Notes: generated by a model from the sequence alone, not told the origin. DNA of 32,000 nucleotides from Prochlorococcus marinus subsp. pastoris str. CCMP1986 (GCF_000011465.1 NC_005072.1:1290001-1322000), one strand, 5' to 3'. Positions 10,763 through 20,769 are shown, counted from the stretch's first letter. A program made the numbers and translations.

Positions 10763-11341
10763 ATGGTTTTTTTTAATTTGATGTCGATCGAAATGGTTTC
10801 TATTTTTTCATCACTAAACAAGTCTTTCAAAAGACTTCTTATTTTTCTTCCATTGATTATTGGTTTACTTCTTAATCCAATCTCTGCAAATGCCCTTTAT
10901 CCAAGTGATCCATCATCAGTAGATGGATTAAAAGAAGATCTTCATGGTGCAGATCTTCAAAATAATGAATATGTAAAATATGATTTATCTAATCAAGATT
11001 TAGGCGAAGCCAACCTACAAGGTGCCTATATGAGCGTAACAACTGCCAAGAACTCTAGTTTCAAAGGTGCCAATATGAAAGATCTTATTGCCTATGCAAC
11101 TCGTTTTGATAATGCTGATTTTTCAGATGCAAATCTGACAAATGGCGAGCTTATGAAAAGTGTTTTCGACGGAGCAACTATAGATGGAGCAGACTTTACT
11201 AATGCGAATCTTGATTTAAAAACAAGAAAATCATTATGCGAAAGGGCCTCTGGAACAAATTCACAGACAGGTGTTGATACTTTCGAGAGTCTTGAATGCT
11301 CAGGTTTAAGAGGTTATATGCCTCCAAAACCAAAAGCTTAA
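10763..11341 (+). CDS. Pentapeptide-repeat protein with N-terminal signal (likely thylakoid lumenal); start may be internal (10784)
   Basis: Hydrophobic leader, then A(N/D)LXX repeats: DLGEANLQGAYM, NADFSDANLTNGELMKS, GADFTNANLDLKTRK. Confidence 0.8.
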   Translation: MVFFNLMSIEMVSIFSSLNKSFKRLLIFLPLIIGLLLNPISANALYPSDPSSVDGLKEDLHGADLQNNEYVKYDLSNQDLGEANLQGAYMSVTTAKNSSFKGANMKDLIAYATRFDNADFSDANLTNGELMKSVFDGATIDGADFTNANLDLKTRKSLCERASGTNSQTGVDTFESLECSGLRGYMPPKPKA

Positions 11342-11350
11342 AAAAATATT

Positions 11351-11716
11351 TTAAATACTTTCTGGCAACACATTACCAGGTTCTTTTGAGCCTGGTTTTT
11401 TGCTGTACCACCATTCTTGGATTTCTGAAGAAAACTTCTTTGAGAATAGTGTTATTACCGTTTCTACAGGTTTTGATCCTGGTTCTAAAATTTGAACTGA
11501 ATACGATGGACATTTCCTTGAGGCCATATCTGCGACAAATCTAGCTCCTATTCTTCTCCAACTTGGCTCTTTACTGCGCCAGGCCAGCCTAGAACAAGGC
11601 CAAGGCAACTCTTCTCTGTCATATAGCCTGCAACATGGGCCAATCACTTTATAACTGAATTGACCACCGTAACTTGATTGGATTGCATCGGTTTTAAAAA
11701 ATTCAAATTTATTCAT
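11351..11716 (-). CDS. Hypothetical protein (121 aa), probably conserved in cyanobacteria
   Basis: Uninterrupted ORF, compact gene spacing, W/C-containing soluble protein. Confidence 0.65.
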   Translation of the reverse strand: MNKFEFFKTDAIQSSYGGQFSYKVIGPCCRLYDREELPWPCSRLAWRSKEPSWRRIGARFVADMASRKCPSYSVQILEPGSKPVETVITLFSKKFSSEIQEWWYSKKPGSKEPGNVLPESI

Positions 11717-11723
11717 TTATCCC

Positions 11724-11754
11724 AAAAAAAAGGCCACCTCATATGAGAATGGCA
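11724..11754 (-). terminator. Rho-independent terminator candidate downstream of petF
   Basis: On minus strand: GCCA-tt-CTC-ATAT-GAG-g-TGGC hairpin followed by C then T9; lies about 44 bp after the ferredoxin stop. Confidence 0.75.
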
Positions 11755-11797
11755 GAAAAATTTTAATAAAACAACTAACTAAAGTTATTTTTTATAA

Positions 11798-12097
11798 TTA
11801 ATAGAGCTCTTCTTCAGCATGAGTAGTAATTGTTACATCTGAAGATGGATATGCAACACAAGTAAGGACAAAACCAGCCTCTAATTGATCATCATCTAAA
11901 AAACTTTGGTCTGATTGATCAACAGTTCCTGATGTGATTTTACCTGCACATGTAGAACAAGCTCCTGCTCTACAAGAATATGGTAGATCGACACCCTGTT
12001 CTTCAGCAGCATCTAAAATGTACTGATCATCAGGTACTTCAATCGTAGAATTGAGACCTTCACTTTCACTGATAAGTGTAACTTTGTAAGAAGCCAT
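11798..12097 (-). CDS. petF: Plant-type [2Fe-2S] ferredoxin
   Basis: [17 protein letters not shown] ... [13 protein letters not shown] cluster-binding cysteines, ...HAEEELY end. Confidence 0.95.
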   Translation of the reverse strand: MASYKVTLISESEGLNSTIEVPDDQYILDAAEEQGVDLPYSCRAGACSTCAGKITSGTVDQSDQSFLDDDQLEAGFVLTCVAYPSSDVTITTHAEEELY

Positions 12098-12240
12098 TTA
12101 ATTTAAAAATTGATGGTAAAAATTTACCGTTAATACTTTTTTAACATTGTTTGTAGACATTTGCGTGCAAAGGGTGTAAAAAATGAAACAATACAATGCT
12201 AAAAGCGGGTTACATTAGAAAAACTTATGTATTTTTAAGA

Positions 12241-13143
12241 TTAGGGTATTTTTTGTGCTGTAATGCACACCCAATCTTTTTTAGAAGATACATCATTTAT
12301 TCGTAAATTACTAGCTTTTAATAATTTGATAATTTCATCTTTTTGTGAATTCAAGATTCCACTTAAAATAACTTCTCCATCAATTTTAAGGCAATTACGA
12401 ATGTCAGGGATTATGCCTTTTATAACTTCTGCAAGAATATTACACAAAATAAAATCAAAATTTTTCAAAGTATATTTTGAAACCAACCCATCAAATGATC
12501 CTAGATATGTTTTTAAATTATCAAGATTACCAAAATTCAGCCGAAAATTAGACTCAGTAGAATTTATTGCCAGATAATCATTATCAATAGAATAAATTTT
12601 GCTAGCCCCAAAAGATCTAGCGGCAATACTTAAAATACCACTACCAGAACCTATATCTAATATTTTCTTGCTAGATAATGAAATCTTTTCCAATTCTTCT
12701 AAGCAAAGAGATGTCGTGGGATGACTTCCTGTACCAAAAGCTGCTCCAGGATCTATTTTAATAACTTTCTTATTTTTATATTCCTCTGGTAATTCAAGCC
12801 AGCAAGGCAATATAAGTAAGTTATCCCCTACAATTTCTGGTCCCCAATATTTCTTCCAGCTTGATATCCAATCTTCCTGTTCAATAAGATTCCACTCAAA
12901 ACAATTGGTTTGATAATTGTTTTTATCTAAAACCTCTTTAATATTTCTTACGAGTTTAATTCTTAAACTTTCTGGCCAATTTAAATGTGGAAGCCAAATT
13001 ATTACTTTTTTATTATTTTTATTATTTAATAAAATTTCAAATGCGTAACTAGATATACCTAATTCATTCAATTTCCAAATAATAATTTCTTCTAAATTAG
13101 TTTCTATTTCAAAAGTAAGTTCATACCAATTTTTTATTTCCAT
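12241..13143 (-). CDS. prmA: Ribosomal protein L11 methyltransferase
   Basis: [49 protein letters not shown]. Confidence 0.93.
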
Positions 13144-13159
13144 TAACTACTCAAATTAT

Positions 13160-14746
13160 TTATAAAGTTACTGGATCAGAACTAGTGATTCCCTCAACTT
13201 CAAGAATTGATTCAAGCAAATTTGTAGGAATAGGATCATCAATACTTAAAACCATAACAGCTTCTCCTCTGACAATTTTTCTACCAACTTGCATTGAGGC
13301 AATATTGACATTGTGGTCCCCTAGGAGGGAACCTAACTTTCCAATAATGCCCGGCATATCTCTATGCCTAGTTATAAGCATAAATCTACTAGGAGAAACA
13401 TTAACTGGATATTGATCAATGCTAATTATTCTCAATTCACCATCAGCAAAAATGCTTCCTGCAACACTATGCTCACCATTATCTCCAAATGTAGTTAATT
13501 GAAGTGAACCGCTAGCAAATTCCGGTCTAGCCTCGTCTTTACTTTCAACTACTGAAATACCTCTAGACTCTGCTTCAAGAGAAGCGTTAACATAATTTAT
13601 TCGATCACCTAGAGCCTTACTTAATAGACCTTTTAAACTGGCTATGATTAAAGGCTGTGAAGGGTGTTGCACAAATTCACCTTGAAGCCTTACCTCTAAC
13701 TTTTGAATTTGTCCTCCAGAAAGTTGGCTTATTAAAAGGCCCATTGTTTCAGCTAATTGCAAATGAGGTTTAAGGCTATCCATAATATCAGGACTTAAAC
13801 CCGGAATATTTACTGCTGTTCGTGCAGAAAGTCCCAAAAGAACATCTCTTATTTGTTCAGCAACATCTACAGCAACATTCTCTTGAGCTTCCCTAGTTGA
13901 TGCTCCTAAATGAGGTGTAAGGATTAAATTTTTATCAACTTTAAGTAGTGGTGAATTGGAGTCTAATGGCTCTTTAGCAAACACATCAATCGCGGCTCCT
14001 CCTATCAATGAATTATTAAGTGCCTCAGCTAAAGCTTCTTCATCAATTATTCCCCCACGTGCACAGTTTATTAATTTTGCATTTTTTTTCATACTTTTAA
14101 GCACCTTCATATTTACGAGGTTTTCTGTTTCTGAAGTCCTCGGCAAATGTAAAGTTACATAATCAGATTCCTCAAACAATGTTTTTAATTCGGACAATCT
14201 GACCTGTAATTGTTGTGCTCTTTCTGAGGAAACAAATGGATCATATCCATAAACATCCATTTCAAGAGCATTGGCAACTTTTGCGACATGAGTTCCTATT
14301 TTTCCTAAACCTACAACACCTAGCTTTTTCTTAAACAACTCATTACCAACAAATTTTTTTCTTTCCCATTTACCCAAAAAAGTACTACTATTTGCAATTG
14401 GTATATTTCTTGATAATGCCAACATCATTGCAATTGTATGCTCGGCAGCAGCTATGGTATTCCCTCCCGGAGAATTAACAACGAGTACTCCCTTTTGAGT
14501 AGCTGCCTTAACATCCACATTATCTACACCAACCCCAGCTCTTCCAATTATTCTTAGTTTCTTAGAAGAGTTAATAATATCTCCTGTAACTTGAGTGCCT
14601 GAGCGTATCATAAGAGCATCATAATCATGGATAATAGATGCCAATTCAGAGTTCGAGATTCCTATCTTCTGATCAACTTGAGCGACTTGGGAGAGAATAT
14701 CAATTCCCTTTTGATCAATTGGGTCTGTAATTAAAACTTTTGTCAT
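13160..14746 (-). CDS. serA: D-3-phosphoglycerate dehydrogenase (with C-terminal ACT domain)
   Basis: GRAGVGVDNVD, GVVGLGKIGTHVA, NCARGGIIDEEAL, C-terminal ACT-like region HRDMPGIIGKLGSLLGDHNVNIASMQVGR. Confidence 0.96.
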   Translation of the reverse strand: MTKVLITDPIDQKGIDILSQVAQVDQKIGISNSELASIIHDYDALMIRSGTQVTGDIINSSKKLRIIGRAGVGVDNVDVKAATQKGVLVVNSPGGNTIAAAEHTIAMMLALSRNIPIANSSTFLGKWERKKFVGNELFKKKLGVVGLGKIGTHVAKVANALEMDVYGYDPFVSSERAQQLQVRLSELKTLFEESDYVTLHLPRTSETENLVNMKVLKSMKKNAKLINCARGGIIDEEALAEALNNSLIGGAAIDVFAKEPLDSNSPLLKVDKNLILTPHLGASTREAQENVAVDVAEQIRDVLLGLSARTAVNIPGLSPDIMDSLKPHLQLAETMGLLISQLSGGQIQKLEVRLQGEFVQHPSQPLIIASLKGLLSKALGDRINYVNASLEAESRGISVVESKDEARPEFASGSLQLTTFGDNGEHSVAGSIFADGELRIISIDQYPVNVSPSRFMLITRHRDMPGIIGKLGSLLGDHNVNIASMQVGRKIVRGEAVMVLSIDDPIPTNLLESILEVEGITSSDPVTL

Positions 14747-14848
14747 TTAAAGAGTTGTTCTTTAATTTTTTTACTTTAACTTAATCTATAGTAGAGATAT
14801 CTTGTTTTATTAATTTGAATCAACAAACCAACATTTGAGGAATGAAAA

Positions 14849-15415
14849 TTGACTAAAAGTATAGTGATATTTAATGAGTTAGAAAAATGCCTTGATCTAT
14901 TAAATGTTTTCAAGGACAAATCAATATTTCTAACAGAATGTTTATTAATTTTGCCATCTAAAGAAAAAACAACTCCTGATCAACAACAATTATTAAATTT
15001 ATCCACAAATAGCTTCTTTAAATCTGAAGAAATTGAAAACATAAGAATCCTAAACCCAAAACTTGATAGAAAAATAAGACAGAAAAATATGCGTAACTGG
15101 CTAATGCCATTTGGTTTTATAGCAGGCATAGCATTTTCTAATATGACAAACTTATCCACTTTTAGCTTCCTTGGATTAAACAATATAGGAGAATCTTTCA
15201 TGGGTGGTCTTTTGGGTATGGGCTCAGGATATTTAGGTAGCATTGTATCTTCAGCAAGTATTAACGTTAATAGAAATAAAGAGTTGAGATCTATTATTGA
15301 TTTCAATAAAGAAGGAAAATGGCTTGTTCTTCTTGAAAATCAAATAGGAACTGAGTTACCCTGGGCTTTAATAAAACAATCAGACCCTAGAGACATTATT
15401 TTTATAGAAGGCTAA
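14849..15415 (+). CDS. Hypothetical protein with glycine-rich hydrophobic segment
   Basis: Intact 188-aa ORF, GLLGMGSGYLGSIVSSAS segment, abuts next gene. Confidence 0.65.
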   Translation: MTKSIVIFNELEKCLDLLNVFKDKSIFLTECLLILPSKEKTTPDQQQLLNLSTNSFFKSEEIENIRILNPKLDRKIRQKNMRNWLMPFGFIAGIAFSNMTNLSTFSFLGLNNIGESFMGGLLGMGSGYLGSIVSSASINVNRNKELRSIIDFNKEGKWLVLLENQIGTELPWALIKQSDPRDIIFIEG

Positions 15416-16207
15416 ATGATTGACTTGAAGGAATTACTAATAAATTCAAATTACAAAAAAGAAATTGAGGAATTAATAAATATTTCTAATTTATCTTTAA
15501 AACATTGGCAAACATATTGGACCGGGTTTAATTCAACATTTGTGTGTGAAGAAATTTTGAAAGAATTTGAAAATTTAAATGATTTTAAATTTTTTGTTTT
15601 TGGAGGATATAATTCAGCCCAAAGATCCAAGATTGCATGTTTTAGAGAAGATAATACCCCAGAGAAAAATGAACTGATTAAAGATTTCCCTGCGAAAGGT
15701 TTTCAAATGAATGGTAATTTTTTGTTTGACAATGCAACTCAGGATGACTTTAGATCCCTATTAGTGGATAATGGATTGAGGGAAGAAAGAATTGGTGATA
15801 TTTGGACCATAGGCGATAGAGGAGCTCAAGGAATAATCGACGATTCAAAAATTGAATTCTTAGATGAAAAGATTTTCTCCCTAAGAGATGTAAAAGTAAA
15901 AATAAAAATAGTATCTTTAGATGAATTACAAATACCTGCTGGGAGATCAAAAAAAATAATTAATACGGTAGAGGCTTCAACAAGGATAGATGCGATAGCT
16001 TCTGCAGGTTTCCGAATCTCTAGGAACAAAATTTTGGAAAGGATAGAAACTGGAATGCTTAAATTAAATGGTAAGACAGTAAAGAAAGGTACTATTAGTT
16101 TAAAAGTTGGCGACAAACTTCAACTTGATAACAAAGGGTTTATTGAAATTCTAGATTTAGAAATAACTAAAAGAGAAAGATGGAAAATTAAGTTACTTAG
16201 AAAATGA
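15416..16207 (+). CDS. S4-domain RNA-binding protein, YlmH/photosystem II S4-domain family
   Basis: FVFGGYNSAQRSKIACF, GDIWTIGDRGAQGIIDD, C-terminal S4 domain RIDAIASAGFRISRNKILERIETGMLKLNGK. Confidence 0.85.
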   Translation: MIDLKELLINSNYKKEIEELINISNLSLKHWQTYWTGFNSTFVCEEILKEFENLNDFKFFVFGGYNSAQRSKIACFREDNTPEKNELIKDFPAKGFQMNGNFLFDNATQDDFRSLLVDNGLREERIGDIWTIGDRGAQGIIDDSKIEFLDEKIFSLRDVKVKIKIVSLDELQIPAGRSKKIINTVEASTRIDAIASAGFRISRNKILERIETGMLKLNGKTVKKGTISLKVGDKLQLDNKGFIEILDLEITKRERWKIKLLRK

Positions 16208-16261
16208 ATCCTTGAGCTGCTATTTTCATATAGGGAGTTCAAATATTTAACTTTTTCAAAA

Positions 16262-16333
16262 GGGCGATTAGCTCAGCGGTAGAGCATTACCTCGACAAGG
16301 TAGTGGTCACTGGTTCGAATCCAGTATCGCCCA
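16262..16333 (+). tRNA. tRNA-Val(GAC), 72 nt, no encoded CCA
   Basis: Acceptor GGGCGAT/ATCGCCC, D arm GCTC-AGCGGTA-GAGC, anticodon arm TTACC-TCGACAA-GGTAG, T arm ACTGG-TTCGAAT-CCAGT, discriminator A. Confidence 0.93.
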
Positions 16334-16398
16334 TTAGATTATTTATGAATGCAAGAAGATCCACAAATAATACTTTCGTTTTTTAGATTAATTAGAAA

Positions 16399-17022
16399 AT
16401 GAAACTTAACCAAATAATCAACCTGCATAAAGGCTTAACTCTGTTTGTTGTGGCAGGGTTAATGATTTTTTATAAAAATTATTCAATTGCTGCATGGGTT
16501 TATTTATCTTTGCATGGAACTTATGGAATACTTTGGTTGTTAAAAGAAAAAATATTTCCAGATCCATATTTTAAAGAAAAAATAAATTTCATAACTTCAA
16601 TTACTGGGTTTATTTTCCTTGGTAGTTACTGGATAGCTCCATTTATTCTCATTTCCTCCCAAAAATCAGTTTCATATCCCATAATTGCAGCTTCTATTTC
16701 AATAAATATAATTGGTGTTTTTCTTCATTTTGCAAGTGATGCTCAAAAATATTTCACTCTTAAAATCAATAAAGAACTTATTAAAGATGGATTTTTCAAA
16801 AATATAAGAAATACAAATTACCTTGGTGAAATACTAATTTATTTATCATTTGCTATCCTTTCTGTGAGTTTTATACCTTTTGCTATTCTTGCTTTATTTT
16901 TCTTTGGAGTCTTTCTACCAAGAATGCTAAAAAAGGACAAATCACTTACAAAATATGCTTCATTTGCGGAATATAAGCGAATTAGTGGTTTACTTTTACC
17001 CAAATTTAATGAAGGAAATTAA
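16399..17022 (+). CDS. Integral membrane methyltransferase-like/DUF1295-like (ICMT/steroid reductase superfamily) protein
   Basis: Multiple TM helices; LIKDGFFKNIRNTNYLGEILIYLSFAI and C-terminal YASFAEYKRISGLLLP typical of this superfamily. Confidence 0.7.
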   Translation: MKLNQIINLHKGLTLFVVAGLMIFYKNYSIAAWVYLSLHGTYGILWLLKEKIFPDPYFKEKINFITSITGFIFLGSYWIAPFILISSQKSVSYPIIAASISINIIGVFLHFASDAQKYFTLKINKELIKDGFFKNIRNTNYLGEILIYLSFAILSVSFIPFAILALFFFGVFLPRMLKKDKSLTKYASFAEYKRISGLLLPKFNEGN

Positions 17023-17560
17023 AATTCCAATATGGAGGCAGGAGTTAAAAGCTGCGAGAAAAAAAGAAGGTAAATTACCCTCAAGTAGGTGGTTTCAACT
17101 TTGTACTATTAACGAGGATAACGAACCTAGATTACGTACGGTAGTTTTTAGAGGATGGCAAAGTGAAAGTTCAATCCTTATTTTTACTGATAGCCGCAGC
17201 GAAAAAGTTGCTCAATTAAAATTAAACTCCAACGCAGAGGTTTTATGGCTTTTTTTTAAAAGCAAATCACAATTCAGATTTAAAGGAAAAATGAAGGAGT
17301 TAAAGGAAAACATGAAATATTGGGATTCGTTATCAGATAGATGCAAATCAACTTGGTTTTGGCAACATCCAGGAAAACAGATTAATAAGAATATTTGCAC
17401 TTCTCAAATAATTTCTAGTGATTTAAATAAACCAGAAAGTTTTGTTGTATTAGAATTTGAAATATATTCTGTAGATCTCCTTAAATTAGTAATGCCTATC
17501 CACAAGAGGTATGTATGGCATAAGGAAAATAATTGGAAAAGAATGGAAATAAATCCATAA
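17009..17560 (+). CDS. Pyridoxamine 5'-phosphate oxidase-like FMN-binding protein (Alr4036-like); track ORF opens at 16955 but ATG at 17009 is preferred
   Basis: WRQELKAARKKEGKLPSSRWFQLCTINEDNEPRLRTVVFRGW...IFTDSRSEKVAQL, ...KRMEINP C-terminus. Confidence 0.82.
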   Translation: MKEIKIPIWRQELKAARKKEGKLPSSRWFQLCTINEDNEPRLRTVVFRGWQSESSILIFTDSRSEKVAQLKLNSNAEVLWLFFKSKSQFRFKGKMKELKENMKYWDSLSDRCKSTWFWQHPGKQINKNICTSQIISSDLNKPESFVVLEFEIYSVDLLKLVMPIHKRYVWHKENNWKRMEINP

Positions 17561-17635
17561 AATATTTCTAAATTGTTTACTTAGGTTGAAAAAATTAAAT
17601 AGATCGGTCAGTTTTATAAAAGAAATATTAACCAT

Positions 17636-17803
17636 ATGAATTTCTCTGAAATTCCTGAAAATCCTTTAATCTTTTTATCTTGGGTGACAGCTTTGGGACT
17701 TTTCTTAAGTTTAACTGAAGCGACTTTAAAAATTAAATTTGAAAAAATAAATTCATTACAAAAAAAACAGGAATTTATTGATAGTCTTTATCCAAAAATT
17801 TAA
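17636..17803 (+). CDS. Untracked small ORF (about 55 aa) with one TM-like helix
   Basis: MNFSEIPENPLIFLSWVTALGLFLSLTEATLKIKFEKINSLQKKQEFIDSLYPKI; tail-to-tail with the doxX-like gene. Frame depends on length of an A homopolymer near 17760. Confidence 0.5.
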   Translation: MNFSEIPENPLIFLSWVTALGLFLSLTEATLKIKFEKINSLQKKQEFIDSLYPKI

Positions 17804-18360
17804 TTTGAAGTATCTGAGAGTAGGTTAGCTTGTAGGAATTGGAAGATACCACCTTTATTAGTTGAATCCTCTTGACTGATTGATTTACCATTATTTGCTT
17901 TAGTTTTTACTGTTTCTTGAATATCTTCTTCAGCAGATTCAGATCTCAATACTCTTATTATTACTTCATCAATTGAGAAATCTCCAGGACCTGTTAGTGC
18001 TATTGAGGTAGCTGAGGCGAAATAAAGTAGTAAAAGTTCTAACAAGAAAATATTAAATCCCGATGTTACTAGAGCATGATAGATAGCAACCGATATAGTA
18101 CCAACTATTGCTAATGCACCAAATCTTGTAGCTAAACCAAGTATTAATAACCAGCTTCCACCAATTTCTGAAAATGCAGCTACATATGATAAAAATATTG
18201 GGAAAGGTAAGTGTAAGGGTCTGACAAAAGCATCAGCAAAATTATCTATATTAGCTAGCTTTTCAAATCCATGATGAATTAAAACTGTACCAGTAATTAC
18301 TCTTAAGATTAATAAAGCTGTATCTTTGCTGAATGATTTTGTAAGAATTGTTGAAAGCAC
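17800..18360 (-). CDS. DoxX family membrane protein
   Basis: ALLILRVITGTVLIHHGFEKL, FAAYVAAFSEIGGSWLLILGLATRFGALAI-type helices. Confidence 0.85.
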   Translation of the reverse strand: MLSTILTKSFSKDTALLILRVITGTVLIHHGFEKLANIDNFADAFVRPLHLPFPIFLSYVAAFSEIGGSWLLILGLATRFGALAIVGTISVAIYHALVTSGFNIFLLELLLLYFASATSIALTGPGDFSIDEVIIRVLRSESAEEDIQETVKTKANNGKSISQEDSTNKGGIFQFLQANLLSDTSN

Positions 18361-18476
18361 TATAAAATGTATTTCTTAAGTAAAAATAACTAGCCACATT
18401 ATTCATCGTGGATTAAACCATAAAACTGATCTTGAATTAAGTATTTATACCTAATGATTTGCGTATTTAGAATTTT

Positions 18477-18494
18477 TAGCTTTTTAAAAAGCTA
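18477..18494. repeat. Perfect 18-bp palindrome TAGCTTTTTAAAAAGCTA
   Basis: Direct reading; 21 bp downstream of the stop of the minus-strand gene at 18515. Confidence 0.8.
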
Positions 18495-18514
18495 TTACAT
18501 TTCAAAAATTTCCA

Positions 18515-19654
18515 TTAATAATTTTGAAAAACATATTGATTAATTTTGGGTATATTTTCTTTGAATTTAAAGAACCCTTTTTTGGCAAACTTCCAAGCAA
18601 ATAAGTCTTGATCTCTTACTAAATTAAAAATCACCTTATTATTTAACTTCTTAAAACTATTCATAAAATCGTTATTTTCACCAACACCAGGATAAATCAT
18701 ATCTAAATGATCAATATTAACCAATGTCTCTTTTAGTTTTAAAGGATCAATCTGAGTAACATTATCAAATTGCTTTATGAATTCAAGAACTATTTGTTGT
18801 TTGAAACTCAAAACTGCTTCAGATAATTTTATTTTTCTTTGATCATTACTTAGTAGGATAATAAAAACGCTCTTGTAATTTCGTAGTGTATTTTCAAGAG
18901 TTGAAACATGTAAATCGTTTTCAAATAATATAAGGGTTTCTGACTTTTGTTCCATATTGCTTTTATAAATCTCATCATCAAGTGGGATTTGATTTTTTTC
19001 TTCAAGAAAGATTTGCCTATTACTAATTTTCTCAACATTGAATCTATTATTTGAAAATTTTCTTAGATTTGCTGAGGAAAAACGATATTGCTTTCCTTTT
19101 GTTTGTAACCCTGCAACCCATCTCCAACTCAAAAGATTCGAGGCAGCATCTCCATCATAAAGATGTTTAAAGAAAAAACTTGCGCCTAATTGCCAGGGCA
19201 GACCTAAATTAAAAATCCAAGTACTAGCAAACCACATACGAGTATGATTGTGTAAGTAGTTATAAGTTTTTAACTCATTAACCCATGAATTGAAAAAACC
19301 TAATTCTGAGTTTCCATTTATTGCTTTTTCATAGGTTTCAATATCGTATTCATAATTGTTTTCTGAAATAAAATTACACCACACCTTTGGTCTATTTTCC
19401 ATCCAACCTTGCCAATAAATTCTCCAATAAATCTCTTCAACAAATTTATTAATCTTTTGAGAACGATATTTCTTTTTAACCTCTTCAAGCAATTCGTATT
19501 CTAATAAAACTCTATGGGAAATATAAGGTGATAATTTTGAAACGGAGCTTTTATTAGTTGGGCCATAATCAAAACTACGAAGTTTTTCGTAGTTTGTGAT
19601 TTTATTCTCTAAAAAATCATCCCACTTTTCCTGAGCATCTAAAAGTAATGACAT
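18515..19654 (-). CDS. Photolyase/cryptochrome-like FAD-binding domain protein lacking N-terminal antenna domain
   Basis: YWRIYWQGWMENRP, LHNHTRMWFASTWIFNLGLPWQLGASFFFKHLYDGDAASNLLSWRWVAGLQTKGKQY correspond to the helical FAD-binding part. Confidence 0.75.
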   Translation of the reverse strand: MSLLLDAQEKWDDFLENKITNYEKLRSFDYGPTNKSSVSKLSPYISHRVLLEYELLEEVKKKYRSQKINKFVEEIYWRIYWQGWMENRPKVWCNFISENNYEYDIETYEKAINGNSELGFFNSWVNELKTYNYLHNHTRMWFASTWIFNLGLPWQLGASFFFKHLYDGDAASNLLSWRWVAGLQTKGKQYRFSSANLRKFSNNRFNVEKISNRQIFLEEKNQIPLDDEIYKSNMEQKSETLILFENDLHVSTLENTLRNYKSVFIILLSNDQRKIKLSEAVLSFKQQIVLEFIKQFDNVTQIDPLKLKETLVNIDHLDMIYPGVGENNDFMNSFKKLNNKVIFNLVRDQDLFAWKFAKKGFFKFKENIPKINQYVFQNY

Positions 19655-19839
19655 TTTTGAATATACTAAAAAATTTTTTTCTAAATTGTAATTTCTTAAT
19701 TAATGAAATTTTTTAATTAAATTACAAAACGAGTAATCATTTAAGTACTCGCGATCCTAACCATATGTATTTACGATAAAAAATATTCAGCAAACTTGAT
19801 TTTTAATTAAGTTTCAATATCTCTTAGAATAATTAGAAA

Positions 19840-20769
19840 ATGACTGCCACTACTTTCAGGAATAAAAATTCTAATTGGACCATATCAGATATCCCCAATT
19901 TAGATGGGAAAACAGCTTTTATTACTGGAGCAAACAGTGGTCTTGGATATTACACAGCTAAAGCTCTAGCAGAAAAAAATGCACATGTTTTACTTGCTTG
20001 CAGAAGTTTAGAAAAGGCTAATTCGGCTATAGATAAATTAAAGTCGCTAAATCCTAAAGGTAAGTTTACTCCTGTAGAACTAGATCTATCAGATTTAAAT
20101 AATGTAAGTGAAATTGGATTAAAAATATCAAGTGAGTTTGAGAACTTAGATTTGCTAATTAACAATGCAGGTATAATGCATCCGCCAAAAACATTAAGCA
20201 AACAAGGTTTTGAGATACAATTTGCGGTCAATCATTTAGCACATATGCTATTAACACTAAAATTTCTTCCTTTAATTGAAAAGAAAGAAAACTCTAGAAT
20301 AGTAACGGTAACTTCGGGGGCTCAGTTCTTTGGAAAAGTTGGGTGGAATAACCTTAAAGCAGAAAATTACTATAACAAGTGGGAATCATACGCTACCAGT
20401 AAATTAGCTAACGTAATGTTTGCTTTAGAGTTAAATGAAAAAATAAAGCAAAAAAATATTTTATCCTTGGCGGCCCATCCAGGTATTGCAAAAACAAATC
20501 TTTTTTCTGCACAGAAACCAAAACCAAGTCCAATTGAAACTTTCTCTTTAGAACTATTTAGTCCAATTTTTCAATCGGCAGAAATGGGCGCTTTACCTCA
20601 ATTACTTGCTGCCACTTCTCCTATGGCAAAGGGAGGAGACCATTACGGACCTAAATTCAATTTTAGAGGTCATCCAAAATTATCTCCAACTTCACCATTT
20701 GCTCTAAATAAGAAAGAAAGAAAAAATTTATGGGAAAAGAGTTTGGAAATACTTAATAGTTTTTTATGA
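19840..20769 (+). CDS. Short-chain dehydrogenase/reductase, retinol dehydrogenase/protochlorophyllide-reductase-like
   Basis: AFITGANSGLGYYTAKALA, NNAGIMHPP, YxxxK as YATSKLANVMFALEL. Confidence 0.9.
   Translation: MTATTFRNKNSNWTISDIPNLDGKTAFITGANSGLGYYTAKALAEKNAHVLLACRSLEKANSAIDKLKSLNPKGKFTPVELDLSDLNNVSEIGLKISSEFENLDLLINNAGIMHPPKTLSKQGFEIQFAVNHLAHMLLTLKFLPLIEKKENSRIVTVTSGAQFFGKVGWNNLKAENYYNKWESYATSKLANVMFALELNEKIKQKNILSLAAHPGIAKTNLFSAQKPKPSPIETFSLELFSPIFQSAEMGALPQLLAATSPMAKGGDHYGPKFNFRGHPKLSPTSPFALNKKERKNLWEKSLEILNSFL

Noticed and set aside
11296-11544. 82-aa plus-strand ORF overlapping pentapeptide gene end and antisense to hypothetical ORF
   Set aside because: Overlaps two better candidates; composition not convincing.
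13956-14162. Shadow ORFs in serA (also 13185-13415)
   Set aside because: Antisense to catalytic and ACT-domain coding sequence of serA.
14980-15306. 108-aa minus-strand ORF opposite the hypothetical gene 14849-15415
   Set aside because: The plus-strand ORF is longer and abuts the next gene in a plausible operon; antisense ORF looks like a shadow.
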